DNA of 64,000 nt from Candidatus Nitrosocosmicus sp. (GCA_035654455.1 DASRWT010000011.1:15761-79760); one strand, 5' to 3'. Shown: positions 39,497 to 49,313, counted from the first letter of the stretch. The notes: generated by a model from the sequence alone, not told the origin. A program made the numbers and translations.

Positions 39497-42226
39497 CTAA
39501 CCGGTGTTCCGGAGGCCGGCCGCGATCCCATTCACGGTGAGAACGATCACCTCGCGGAGCGCCTCGCCCTCCGGCCCCTCCGGATCCGCGAGGGCGCGCA
39601 GCCGGCGCAGCATCTCGACCTGCAGATAGTTGAGCGGGTCGACGTAAGGATTTCGCAGCTCGATGGAGCGCTGGATGACGGGCTCGCCGTCCATCAGCGC
39701 GCGATGCCCGGTGAGGGCGAGGATGGCCTCGCGGGCACGCCCATGCTCCGCCTCGATGCGGGCGAACAGCGCGGCGGCGCGGGCGCGCTCCGGATCGAGG
39801 CGCGCATACAGGGTCGCGATGGGGAGGTCGGCCTTCAGGAGCGACATCTCCGCATTGTCGATGAGGGCCCGGAAGAACGGCCAGCGCCGGTGCATCGTCC
39901 GGAGAAGATCGGGCGACCCGCCCCCCTCCGCCAGCGCCGCGCCGAGCCCGAACCAGCCCGGAAGATTGAAGCGGCTCTGCATCCAGGAAAACACCCACGG
40001 GATGGCGCGCACCTGCGCGATCGCGAGCGTGGGGCCTCGACGGGTCGCGGGCCGTGAGCCCAGTCGCAGCCGGCTGATCTCGTCGATGGGAGTCGCCGCG
40101 CGCCAGAACTCCACGAAGCCCGGCGTCTCGACGAGCGACCGGTAGGCCGTCCGCGCCGCGCCCGCCATCGCCACCATGGCGCGCCGCCACTCCTCCGGCG
40201 CGCGGGGCGGCGCGTCCGGCCCATCCTCACCGGGGACGGGAGAGGCCGAGGCCTCCAGCACCGCGCTCACGATTTGCTCGAGATGGCGATGCGCCAGCGC
40301 GGGGTCGCTGTAGCGCGCGGCGAGCACCTCGCCCTGCTCGGTGAGCCGGAAGCGCCCGCCCACCGTGCCCGGCGGCTGGGCGCGAATGGCGCGTCCCGCG
40401 GGCCCGCCGCCGCGGGCCACCGTGCCGCCGCGACCGTGGAAGAGGGTGAGCGGCACGCCCTCTCCCGCGCAGACGCGCACGATCTCCTCCTGCGCGCGGT
40501 AGAGCGCCCAGTTCGCGGCGAGGTAGCCGCCATCCTTGTTGCTGTCCGAGTAGCCGATCATCACCATCTGCTGCCCGCCGGCCCGCGCGAGGTGCTCGCG
40601 ATAGGCGGGAAAGGCGAAGAGGTCGGCCAGGATGCGCGGGGCCGCCTCCAGATCGCCCACGGTCTCGAAGAGCGGCACGATGGCGAGTCCCGCGTCGCCG
40701 CCCGTCCAGCGCGCGAGGAGAAGCACGGTGAGGAGATCGGCGGGCCCGCGGGTCATGGAGATGACGAATGGGCCCAGGAGATCGGAGCCGTAGACGGCGC
40801 GCGCCCGGGCGAGGAGCCGGAACAGCGCCCAGGTCTCCGCGGCCTCCGGCGCGAGGGTCAGGCTCGCGGGAATCTCCGGCACGGGCTCGGCCAGAAGCCG
40901 CAGCAAGGTCTCGGTGCGCGCGCGATCGTCGCCGCCGGCGAAGCCGGTGCCGCGTCCCAGCGCGCCCAGCAGTTCGCCCAGCGCCGCCGCCAGCCGCGAG
41001 GATTCTTCCCGGACATCGAGCCGCGCCGCGTGGAGGCCGAAGGCCTCGATCTGCCGGCGTACCGTCCACAGCCGGTCCTGGGCCAGCGCGGGGGGCAGCG
41101 CGCCGGCGACGAGATCCAGCGGCCGGGTGAGATCGGCAAGGCTGACGCGCGCCGCGTGGGGCGTCGCCTCGAGGAGGCGCGCGGTCATGTCGTCGCGCGC
41201 GGCCGCCTCCAGGTCGGCGGCGAGCAGGGCGAGGACGAGCCGATAAGGCTCATCGGTGTAGCGCGCGTCGAGATAGGCGGCGCGCGCGGGAAGAGGGCGG
41301 CGCGAGGCCAGCCAGTCCTCGAGGGCGGGGGGCGGCGGCACCCGCCGCGCGCTGAGCGAGAGCCGGCGGGCGAGATCCTGCAGCGACCGGCGATGCCGCT
41401 CCAGCGCGAGCCCTCGGTGCAGGCGCAGCGTCTCCGCGGTGATGTCGGCGGTGACGCCGGGATTGCCATCGCGATCGCCGCCGATCCAGGAAGCCAGCGT
41501 GAGCCAGCGCACGGGGGCGGCGAGCCCCGGATAGTGCCGGCCCAGCGCGTCCTCGAGGTCGCGGTACAGCCTCGGCAGCGCTTCCCAGAAGATGTCCTCC
41601 ACGAAGTAGAGGCCGGTGCGCACCTCGTCGGTGACGGCGGGGCGGACGGTCCGCGCGCGGCCGGTGAGCCAGAGGGCGGTGATCTCGCTGCGAATGATGC
41701 CCACGTGCTCCTCTCGCTCGCGGGGGAGGATATCGGCGCGATGCAGCGCGTGGAGCGACTCGCCGACGCGCCGCAGCTTGGCGAGCACGGTGCGCCGCTT
41801 GGCCTCGGTGGGATGCGCGGTGAGCACCAGCTCGACCGTGAGCCGGTCGAGCAAGGCGCGCATGGCGGGGTCGTCCATGCCGCGCGCCTTGAGGAGGCCT
41901 ACCGCTTCCGCCACGCTCTCGGGCGGGGCCGCCGGATGCTGCGCGCGCTCCCGGTCGCGGAGCGCGGCCACGCGCTGCGCTTCCTCGGCCAGGTTGACGA
42001 GGTCGAAGTACAGCGTGAAGGCGGCGGACACCCCGCGCGCATCCAGCGGCGGCAAGGCCGTCACCTCGGCGGCCAGCCGCTCCTCCGCGCCCGCCACCCC
42101 CGCCCGCCGGTCCTTGGCGTGCGCGCGAATGCGCTCCTCCACCTCGAACAGCGCGGGGCGTTCCTGCGCGGTGATCACCTCGCCCAGGAGGGTGCCGAGG
42201 AGGTGGATGCTGGCCGAGAGATCCAT
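39497..42226 (-). CDS. ppc: phosphoenolpyruvate carboxylase
   Basis: 909 aa; hallmark motifs VLTAHPTE, GYSDSNKDGG, FHGRGGTVARGGGP and C-terminal ...NG. Confidence 0.95.
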   Translation of the reverse strand: MDLSASIHLLGTLLGEVITAQERPALFEVEERIRAHAKDRRAGVAGAEERLAAEVTALPPLDARGVSAAFTLYFDLVNLAEEAQRVAALRDRERAQHPAAPPESVAEAVGLLKARGMDDPAMRALLDRLTVELVLTAHPTEAKRRTVLAKLRRVGESLHALHRADILPREREEHVGIIRSEITALWLTGRARTVRPAVTDEVRTGLYFVEDIFWEALPRLYRDLEDALGRHYPGLAAPVRWLTLASWIGGDRDGNPGVTADITAETLRLHRGLALERHRRSLQDLARRLSLSARRVPPPPALEDWLASRRPLPARAAYLDARYTDEPYRLVLALLAADLEAAARDDMTARLLEATPHAARVSLADLTRPLDLVAGALPPALAQDRLWTVRRQIEAFGLHAARLDVREESSRLAAALGELLGALGRGTGFAGGDDRARTETLLRLLAEPVPEIPASLTLAPEAAETWALFRLLARARAVYGSDLLGPFVISMTRGPADLLTVLLLARWTGGDAGLAIVPLFETVGDLEAAPRILADLFAFPAYREHLARAGGQQMVMIGYSDSNKDGGYLAANWALYRAQEEIVRVCAGEGVPLTLFHGRGGTVARGGGPAGRAIRAQPPGTVGGRFRLTEQGEVLAARYSDPALAHRHLEQIVSAVLEASASPVPGEDGPDAPPRAPEEWRRAMVAMAGAARTAYRSLVETPGFVEFWRAATPIDEISRLRLGSRPATRRGPTLAIAQVRAIPWVFSWMQSRFNLPGWFGLGAALAEGGGSPDLLRTMHRRWPFFRALIDNAEMSLLKADLPIATLYARLDPERARAAALFARIEAEHGRAREAILALTGHRALMDGEPVIQRSIELRNPYVDPLNYLQVEMLRRLRALADPEGPEGEALREVIVLTVNGIAAGLRNTG

Positions 42227-42374
42227 GCCGCCGCTTGTCGCTCCCTTTACATTCCGCGGCCGTCTCGATGACGGAGAGGCGGCTAACTACTGATGGCCAT
42301 TACTCAGTTCGTTGGCACGTCGATTGCTCTGGAAGAGCCGGGGGCAGTGTACGCCATCGGCCCCGGAGGAAACC

Positions 42375-43343
42375 ATGGGCATTCTGAGCTTCGCGAAGAA
42401 GCAGTTCATCGACATCCTGCAGTGGACCGAAGGCAGTGACGACCTCCTGGCCTGGCGCTTCCCCACCGCTGATCTCGAGATCCAGCAGGGCGCGCGTCTC
42501 GTGGTCCGCGAGACGCAGATGGCGGTGTTCGTGGACCAGGGCCACGTGGCCGATGTCTTCGGTCCCGGCACCTACACCATCAAGACCGTGAACCTGCCCG
42601 TGCTCACCGACCTCCGGCATTGGGACAAGCTCTTCGAGTCGCCGTTCAAGAGCGAGGTGTACTTCTTCTCGACCCGCCTCCGCCTCAACCAGACGTGGGG
42701 CACCGCCAACCCGCTCGCGATCCGCGACCGCGAGTTCGGCGCGGTGCGGGTACGCGGCTTCGGCGTCTACAGCTATCGCGTCAACGACGCCTCGGTGTTC
42801 TTCCGGAACATCTCCGGCACGCGCGAGACCTATGCGGTGGCCGAGCTCGAGGGCCAGCTCCGCAGCACGCTGATCACCACGCTGACCACGCACCTCGGCG
42901 AGAGCCAGGTCCCCTTCCTCGACATGGCCGCCAACAGCGACGCGCTGGGGCGCGCGGTGCTGCAGAAGGCACGGCCGGCGTTTGCCGCCCTGGGGCTGGG
43001 GCTCGAGGATTTCCAGATCCAGAACGTGTCCCTCCCCGAGGACCTGCAGAAGCGTCTCGACGAGCGCATCGGCATGGGCATCGTGGGTGATTTGCCGCGC
43101 TATACCCAGTTCCAGGTCGCCCAGTCCATTCCCGCCGCGGCGGCAGCGCCGGGCGGGGCGGCCGGCGCCGGCGTGGGGCTGGGAGCGGGCATCGCCATGG
43201 GGCAGGCCATGTCCCGGGGCATCGAGCAGGCATCGGCGGGGCAGGCGCACCCCGGCACGGCAGGCAGCATTTGCCCTCGCTGTCAGACGCGCCTCGACAA
43301 GCCCAGCAAGTTCTGTCCGGAGTGCGGGGCGCCGCAGGGCTAG
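42375..43343 (+). CDS. SPFH/Band-7 domain protein with Ala/Gly-rich linker and C-terminal zinc ribbon
   Basis: GGAGGA RBS; N-terminal MGILSFAKKQFIDILQW..., SPFH core, ends CPRCQTRLDKPSKFCPECGAP; 322 aa. Confidence 0.8.
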   Translation: MGILSFAKKQFIDILQWTEGSDDLLAWRFPTADLEIQQGARLVVRETQMAVFVDQGHVADVFGPGTYTIKTVNLPVLTDLRHWDKLFESPFKSEVYFFSTRLRLNQTWGTANPLAIRDREFGAVRVRGFGVYSYRVNDASVFFRNISGTRETYAVAELEGQLRSTLITTLTTHLGESQVPFLDMAANSDALGRAVLQKARPAFAALGLGLEDFQIQNVSLPEDLQKRLDERIGMGIVGDLPRYTQFQVAQSIPAAAAAPGGAAGAGVGLGAGIAMGQAMSRGIEQASAGQAHPGTAGSICPRCQTRLDKPSKFCPECGAPQG

Positions 43344-43369
43344 CCCGTCGGCCGGCGACCCGCCACCGC

Positions 43370-44140
43370 ATGAACTGTCCCGGCTGCAGCGGGGGGATGA
43401 CCCTGAAGCAGTACGAGGGGAAGTACGCCGGCGCCATCACCCTCGATCTGTGCCACGGGTGCTCCGCCCTCTGGTTCGACGGCCTCGAGAGCCTGGGGCT
43501 CTCTCCGGGCTCCGTCCTCGAGCTTCTCGTGGAGATGAACGACCACCGCGCCGCCTCGCGCAATCCCCTGGGCGACAACCTCGCGTGCCCGCGCTGCCAT
43601 CAGCGGCTCGTGCGCACCGCCAACATGCAGCGGAGCACGCGCTTCAGCTACTGGCGCTGTCCCGGCGAGCATGGGCACTTCATCACTTTCTTCGAGTTCC
43701 TGCGGGAGAAGAACTTCGTCCGCCCCCTCAGCCCGATCGAGATCGAGGACCTCAAGCGCAACGTTCGCACCGTCACCTGCTCGAGCTGCGGGGCCCCGGT
43801 GGACCTGGATACCGGCGCCGCGTGCCCCTTCTGTCGCGCCCCGCTCTCCATGCTCGACGCCAAGCAGCTCGACACCGTGGTGGCCGCGCTCAAGCGGGAG
43901 GAAGCCGAGCGAGAGGACGCGAAGCGGCGTGGGCTGGATGGAACGCTGGCGGTACGCCTCATGGAGGACCGGGTCTCGGTGAGCCGCGAGTTCCGGAAGA
44001 TGGAGCCGGGGGCGCTACAGCTCGACATCTCCGCCGGACTCTCCGGCGCATGGTCGGGCGCAGCCTCCGGACGACTGTCGGGCGGCCTCGTGGAGGCGGG
44101 GGTGGCCGCGCTCTGCGCGCTCCTCAGGTCCGACCACTGA
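43370..44140 (+). CDS. multi-zinc-ribbon protein (four CxxC pairs) with charged helical region and C-terminal hydrophobic tail
   Basis: CPGC...CHGC, CPRC...CPGEHGH, CSSC...CPFC; immediately follows the SPFH gene (26-nt gap). Confidence 0.65.
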   Translation: MNCPGCSGGMTLKQYEGKYAGAITLDLCHGCSALWFDGLESLGLSPGSVLELLVEMNDHRAASRNPLGDNLACPRCHQRLVRTANMQRSTRFSYWRCPGEHGHFITFFEFLREKNFVRPLSPIEIEDLKRNVRTVTCSSCGAPVDLDTGAACPFCRAPLSMLDAKQLDTVVAALKREEAEREDAKRRGLDGTLAVRLMEDRVSVSREFRKMEPGALQLDISAGLSGAWSGAASGRLSGGLVEAGVAALCALLRSDH

Positions 44141-44225
44141 TCGCGCTCTCGGCCGGCGTGCGGGCCCGCCGATCACCCGCCGAAACCATCCGGCAGTAGA
44201 GCGCCGGATGTGTCATGATGTCGCC

Positions 44226-44441
44226 ATGCAAGTCTTGGCCTTCTGCACTCCCGCGAATACCTCCTGGCGCTGGCGCATCGTGAGCTACTCCGGTGACATC
44301 GTCGAGGAGTCGCATCAGGTCTTCCCGAGCATCGCGACCGCCGTGGCTCAAGGCGCGAAGCGGCTCGTGGAGATGAACGTCGTGGATCGCACCGTCGCGG
44401 CCCCCGGCTACCGCTCCACGCGCCACCTGCGTCGTAGCTGA
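44226..44441 (+). CDS. DUF1508 (YegP-like) small protein
   Basis: TSWRWRIVSYSGDIVEESHQVFPSIATAVAQGAKRL fits the YegP repeat pattern (W/F-RW-R-L/V..NGE-I.-SEGY.S...A..GI..V). Confidence 0.5.
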   Translation: MQVLAFCTPANTSWRWRIVSYSGDIVEESHQVFPSIATAVAQGAKRLVEMNVVDRTVAAPGYRSTRHLRRS

Positions 44442-44501
44442 CCGCGCGCTGGGCGCGTCCGTCCTCACCGCGTGACCGTTAGCCGAGCCTTGTCCGCGTT
44501 C

Positions 44502-44891
44502 TCAGGGACGGACGATGAGGTCGATCTCCACCGCGCCGCCCAGCGCAAGGCCGGTCACCCCCACCGTCGTCCGGGCGGGCAGCCGGCCGGGGGCGAAGTG
44601 GCCGGCGTACTCCGCGTTCATGGCGGCGTAGTCGTCGAAGCTCGTGAGGTACACGCGCGCCATCACCGTCCGGTCCAGGCTCGTGCCCGCTCCGCGGAGA
44701 ACGATCTGGAGGTTCTGCATCACCCGGCGGGTCTGGGCCGCGATCCCGCCAGGCACGAGCCGGTTGGTGGCAGGGTCCACGCCGAGCTGACCCGTCACGA
44801 ACAGGTAGTCTCCCGCGCGGACGGCATGGCTGTAGGCGGCGGTGGGCGGCGGGGGCGGGGCGTCCGCCGCCATCAGGAACTCGAGATTCAT
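44502..44891 (-). CDS. ridA: RidA/YjgF/TdcF family reactive-intermediate deaminase
   Basis: 129 aa; family-typical N-terminus and C-terminal ARTTVGVTGLALGGAVEIDLIV. Confidence 0.85.
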   Translation of the reverse strand: MNLEFLMAADAPPPPPTAAYSHAVRAGDYLFVTGQLGVDPATNRLVPGGIAAQTRRVMQNLQIVLRGAGTSLDRTVMARVYLTSFDDYAAMNAEYAGHFAPGRLPARTTVGVTGLALGGAVEIDLIVRP

Positions 44892-44957
44892 GAGGCTCCT
44901 CCTCGCGATCGAAGTGTCGGCATGATCGCCATGCTATCGTGCGTCGAGAGACCCCGC

Positions 44958-45773
44958 ATGCCGCATCTTCCCCGCCGTCGCCTCCTGCTGGGCATGGCGA
45001 CCACGCTCCTCGCGCTGGCCGGCGCCCGGCCGGCTCCGGGACAGGCGCCGCCGACCTCCGCCGGCGCTCCCGACCCCGGCCTCCTCGAGGACCTGGTGGC
45101 GGCCAACCGCATCCTCGCGGACCAGGGCGTGCTGGACGGCTACGGCCACGTGAGCGCGCGCCACCCCCGTGCCGCCGATCGCTACCTCATGGCGCGCGCC
45201 GTCGCCCCCGAGCTCGTCACCGCCGCCGACATCATGGAGTACGATCTCGACAGCGTGCCGGTGGACGCGCGCGGCCGCGCCACCTATCTCGAGCGCTTCA
45301 TCCACGGCGAGATCTATCGCCTCCGCCCCGACGTGCACGCGGTGGTGCATAGCCATTCGCCGTCGGTGATTCCCTTCGGCGTGACCGGCGCCGCTCTTCG
45401 ACCGCTCTACCACATGAGCGCCTTCCTGGTGGGCGGCGTGCCGGTCTACGATATCCGTCAGGCCAGCGGCGCCATGACCGACATGCTGGTCCGCAGCGCG
45501 GCGCTGGGCCAGTCGCTCGCGCGGGTGCTTGGCCCGGCGCCGGTGGCCCTGATGCGGGGCCATGGGGCGGTGGTGGTGGGAGCCAGTCTGCCGGCCGCGG
45601 TCTTCCGCAGCGTGTACACCGAGGTCAATGCGCGGCTCCAGGCGCAGGCCATGGCGCTGGGCGGGCCGGTGGCGTACCTTGACCCGGAAGAGGCGAAGCG
45701 CGCGGAAGCCTCGATCGCGGGCACCATCCCGCGTCCCTGGGAGCTCTGGAAGAAGAAGGCGTTGGGGAGGTAG
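44958..45773 (+). CDS. class II aldolase/adducin family protein with twin-arginine signal peptide
   Basis: RRRLLLGMATTLLALAGA Tat-like signal; class II aldolase core with metal-binding His cluster HAVVHSHSP and later H; 271 aa. Confidence 0.75.
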   Translation: MPHLPRRRLLLGMATTLLALAGARPAPGQAPPTSAGAPDPGLLEDLVAANRILADQGVLDGYGHVSARHPRAADRYLMARAVAPELVTAADIMEYDLDSVPVDARGRATYLERFIHGEIYRLRPDVHAVVHSHSPSVIPFGVTGAALRPLYHMSAFLVGGVPVYDIRQASGAMTDMLVRSAALGQSLARVLGPAPVALMRGHGAVVVGASLPAAVFRSVYTEVNARLQAQAMALGGPVAYLDPEEAKRAEASIAGTIPRPWELWKKKALGR

Positions 45774-45775
45774 AC

Positions 45776-46744
45776 GTGGACGAGCGTGAGGAGAGGCGGC
45801 ACGAGGCCGCTCCGCAGCGGGAGCACGAGCGGCTCCGTGAACGCCTGGAGCTGTTCCGCCAGCTCGTCGAGAACAGTCAGGGCCTGATCTGCAGCCACGA
45901 TCTCGAGGGCAATCTCCTCTACGTCAGCCCCGCCTCCGCCTGGGAGCTCGGCTATACGCCGGAAGACGGGGTGGGCCGGAACCTGCGGGAGTTCCTCGCC
46001 CCATCGGTGCGCCCGTTCTTCGACGGCTATCTCGAGCGCATTCGCGAGAAGGAGGCGGATCGCGGCCTGCTCCGCCTGGTGAGCCGCGACGGAGAGGAGC
46101 GGCTCTGGGCCTATCGCAACGCGCTCTTCCGCTTGCCCGACCGGGAGCCCTACGTGATCGGCCACGCGGTGGACATCACCGATCGAGTCCACCTGGAGGC
46201 GCTGCTGCGGGACAGCGAAGAGCGCTATCGCCTCGTCATCGAGGGGCTCGAGGAAGGCGTCCTCTTCCGGAGCGCGGACGGCGCCATCTCGGGCTGGAAT
46301 CCCAGCGCGCAGCGCATCCTCGGCTCCGAGCTCGAGCGCCTGGGCGCCGGCGCCGTCCACGAAGACGGATCCCCCTTCCCGCGGGACGAGCAGCCGGACG
46401 CGCTCGCGCTGCGCAGCGGCCTGCCCTCGCCGCGCGCGGTCATGGGCATCCCGGGCGCGGCCGGCGAGCTGATCTGGATCTCCGTGCGGGCGCATCCGCT
46501 GATCCGCACCGACGAGATCGCCCCGCACGGCGTGGTCATGTCCTTCGTGGACATCACCAAGCAGCGGCGGATGCTGCGCGGTCTCCTCCCCATCTGCGCG
46601 TCCTGCAAGAAGATTCGCGATGCGGAGGGCGACTGGTGGCCGGTCGAGATCTATGTCCGCAACCACTCCGAGGCCGAGTTCAGCCACGAGCTCTGCGCGG
46701 AGTGCGCGCGGCACGTGCGCCGGCAATTCCGCCTGATGGAGTAG
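45776..46744 (+). CDS. double PAS-domain signalling protein with conserved Cys/His-rich C-terminal tail
   Basis: Two PAS-like cores; C-terminus LPICASCKKIRDAEGDWWPVEIYVRNHSEAEFSHELCAECARH. Confidence 0.8.
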   Translation: MDEREERRHEAAPQREHERLRERLELFRQLVENSQGLICSHDLEGNLLYVSPASAWELGYTPEDGVGRNLREFLAPSVRPFFDGYLERIREKEADRGLLRLVSRDGEERLWAYRNALFRLPDREPYVIGHAVDITDRVHLEALLRDSEERYRLVIEGLEEGVLFRSADGAISGWNPSAQRILGSELERLGAGAVHEDGSPFPRDEQPDALALRSGLPSPRAVMGIPGAAGELIWISVRAHPLIRTDEIAPHGVVMSFVDITKQRRMLRGLLPICASCKKIRDAEGDWWPVEIYVRNHSEAEFSHELCAECARHVRRQFRLME

Positions 46745-46759
46745 CGCGGTCCCTGGGCG

Positions 46760-47695
46760 CTAGTCGTCCACCGAGCGCACCACCACCTGCGCTCGCAGGC
46801 CCCAGACGGTGGGTGGATCCACCACGCCCGGCCCCGGCGTGAGCGTGTTCGCCGCCCCCGCCGCGACGCCCAGCGCGAGCGCGTGGGGGGGCGTCTCGCC
46901 ATTGGCGATCGCCGCCACATAGCCGCCGAGCAGCGCATCGCCGCTGCCCACCGTGCTGAGAGCGCGCACCGCGGGCGCGGCCGCGAACCAGGCGCGGGTG
47001 TCATCGATCAGCAGCGCGCCCCGCGGCCCCAGCTTCACCACCACCGTGGTGCCCTCACCGGCTTCACGCGCGCGCCCGGCGAGGGTCCGGAGCGCATCGG
47101 TGCGGCAGCCCGTCCACTCGACGAACTCCTCCTCGTTGGGAGCCACCAGCTCGGGTTTCTCGGCGACGCCGGCGCGCAGCGCATCGCCTTCCGCATCGAG
47201 GAAGACGCGGGCCCCGGCGGCGCGCGCCGCGCTCACCAGCCGGCCATAGAGCGCGGCGACCAGGCCCGGGCGCAGGCTCCCTGCCACCACCGTCAGGTCG
47301 CCCGGGCTCACGCGGTCGCTCACGTGCGCCACGAGGCGGTCGGCGGCGTCGGCGGTCACCGCGTCGCCGGGCTCGATCAGCCGGGTCTCGGAAGCGCCGG
47401 TGGGGTCGGCGATGAGCACGTTCTCGCGGGACTCGCCCGGCACCTCGACGAAGTCGGTGGCGATGCCCCGGTCGGCGAGATCGCGGCGGATCCACGCGCC
47501 GGTGCGGCCGCCCACGAAGCCCGTGCACACCACGTTCGCGACGCCGAGCAAGCGGGCGGTCTTGGCCACGTTGAGCGGCTTGCCGCCCGCCACCGCCACC
47601 GCGCGCCCGAGCCGATACTCGGCGGAGGCGCGGAAACCGGGCACGACATAGGTCTTGTCGATTGCCGCATTGACCGCGATGCACCAGAGCCGCAT
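46760..47695 (-). CDS. PfkB-family carbohydrate kinase (1-phosphofructokinase/tagatose-6-P kinase-like)
   Basis: Ribokinase-fold motifs GGKPLNVA and C-terminal GSGDALLGGY anion hole; 311 aa. Confidence 0.8.
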   Translation of the reverse strand: MRLWCIAVNAAIDKTYVVPGFRASAEYRLGRAVAVAGGKPLNVAKTARLLGVANVVCTGFVGGRTGAWIRRDLADRGIATDFVEVPGESRENVLIADPTGASETRLIEPGDAVTADAADRLVAHVSDRVSPGDLTVVAGSLRPGLVAALYGRLVSAARAAGARVFLDAEGDALRAGVAEKPELVAPNEEEFVEWTGCRTDALRTLAGRAREAGEGTTVVVKLGPRGALLIDDTRAWFAAAPAVRALSTVGSGDALLGGYVAAIANGETPPHALALGVAAGAANTLTPGPGVVDPPTVWGLRAQVVVRSVDD

Positions 47696-48732
47696 CAGGC
47701 GGGGGCGATCACGACCTTGGCCGCGTCCTCATGGTAGCCGGCCAGGGCCTGGAAGGCCCGCGGCGCCCCCTCGAGCGGGACCCGGTGGGAGACGAAGGTC
47801 TCGAGATCCACCATGCCGTGCGCGGCGAGCGCGATGGTGCGGGGATAGATGGGCTTCATGCGGCGGGCGATCTTGACGGTGAGGCCCTTGCGCCGCGCCG
47901 GGGTGGCGGTGAAGGCGGTCCGGTTGTCGGCGCAGATGCCCACCACCACCACCGTGCCCAGCGCGGCGGCGACATGCGCCGCCTGATCCGGCGTCTCCGG
48001 CGCGCCGGCGGCCTCGAAGACGACGTCGGCGCCGTGGCCGCCGGTGGCGTCGAGCATGGCCGCCACGGGATTCTCGCGGGCGGCGTTGAAGGTGGCGGTG
48101 GCGCCCGCGGTCTTGGCCAGCCGGAGCCGGTAGTCATGGAGATCGGTGGCGAGCACCGCCTGGGCGCCGGCGACTCGCGCGAGCTGGACCAGCAGGAGGC
48201 CGATGGGCCCGCAGCCCAGCACGGCGACCACGTCCGCGACGCGCGGCGCCGCCAGATCCAGCGCGTGCAAGGCCACGCCGAGCGGCTCGAGCAGCGCTCC
48301 CGCCGTATCGCTCACGGCGGGCGGCAGCGGGTGGAGGAGGTGCGCGGGGTGGACCAGCCGCTCGCGCAATGCGCCGGGAACGCCCGGCGAGCCCACGAAG
48401 CGGACGCGCGGGCAGACATGGGGATGGCCGTCGATGCAGAGCTCGCATTCGCCGCAGGCGATGGCGGGGTCGACGGCCACGCGGTCGCCGGCGCGCACGC
48501 GGGTGACCCCCGCGCCCACCGCTTCCACCACGCCCGCGAACTCGTGGCCCATCACGAACCCGGGCTCGAGCGGATCCGTCCCGCCCGTCTCGCCGCGATA
48601 GTAGTGAAGGTCGGTGCCGCAGACGCCCACCGCGGTGACGCGCACGAGGGCCTCGCCGGGGCCCGGCTCGCGCGCGTCGGGCAGCGCGATCACCTCGAGC
48701 GCGCGCGGTCCCATGAGGGCCAGGGCCTTCAT
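47695..48732 (-). CDS. zinc-dependent medium-chain alcohol dehydrogenase (sorbitol/threonine dehydrogenase-like)
   Basis: Catalytic Zn CGTDLH and GHEFAGVV; structural Zn CGECELCIDGHPHVC; Rossmann GCGPIG. Confidence 0.85.
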   Translation of the reverse strand: MKALALMGPRALEVIALPDAREPGPGEALVRVTAVGVCGTDLHYYRGETGGTDPLEPGFVMGHEFAGVVEAVGAGVTRVRAGDRVAVDPAIACGECELCIDGHPHVCPRVRFVGSPGVPGALRERLVHPAHLLHPLPPAVSDTAGALLEPLGVALHALDLAAPRVADVVAVLGCGPIGLLLVQLARVAGAQAVLATDLHDYRLRLAKTAGATATFNAARENPVAAMLDATGGHGADVVFEAAGAPETPDQAAHVAAALGTVVVVGICADNRTAFTATPARRKGLTVKIARRMKPIYPRTIALAAHGMVDLETFVSHRVPLEGAPRAFQALAGYHEDAAKVVIAPA

Positions 48733-48736
48733 CCGC

Positions 48737-49309
48737 TCACCCGCGTCCGGCGGCCAGCGGAGGCGGACCGAGGCGCCCGCGCGGCCAGTCCGCCATGGCG
48801 AGCACGGTCGCCACCAGCTCGCCGAGGGCGGCGATGGCGCCCGGATCGGCCAGGCGGCCGTCCTTGAAGTGAGCGGACTCCAGATAGACGCTGGTCGGGG
48901 CCGTCAGGGCCCCGAACCAGGCGAGCACCGCGCGGAGGTGGCCGTCCACGCCCAGATAGTGATGCGAGGAGGCGCCCATGGCCACGATGCCGACGGGCTT
49001 GGCGCGGAGCGTCTCCAGCGGCGTGAGATCGAGAAGATTCTTTAGCGCGCCGGTGAAGGAGGCGCGATACACGGGGCTCGCGAGCAGCACGCAATCGGCC
49101 TCGGCGAGCGCGGCGACGATCTTGACGGTGTCGTCGTCGAGCCGCTCCGGCGGCCTGCCGTCCGCGAAGCCGAGACGAAAATCGGCCAGGCTCAGCAGCG
49201 AGGCGGACACCCCGGCCCGCGCCGCCGCCAGATCCACCGCCATCTGGATGGCGGCATTCAGCCGTCCGGGCGGCGTCACCGCGCCCACCACCGCCACCAG
49301 CCGGGGCAT
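48737..49309 (-). CDS. NAD(P)H-dependent FMN reductase (SsuE/MsuE-like)
   Basis: 190 aa flavodoxin-like fold, family-typical SPVYRASFTGALKNLLD. Confidence 0.8.
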   Translation of the reverse strand: MPRLVAVVGAVTPPGRLNAAIQMAVDLAAARAGVSASLLSLADFRLGFADGRPPERLDDDTVKIVAALAEADCVLLASPVYRASFTGALKNLLDLTPLETLRAKPVGIVAMGASSHHYLGVDGHLRAVLAWFGALTAPTSVYLESAHFKDGRLADPGAIAALGELVATVLAMADWPRGRLGPPPLAAGRG

Positions 49310-49313
49310 TGCC

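Noticed and set aside
40274-42271. 665-aa plus-strand ORF antisense to ppc
   Set aside because: ppc on the minus strand is certain from multiple hallmark motifs. The antisense frame is low-complexity.
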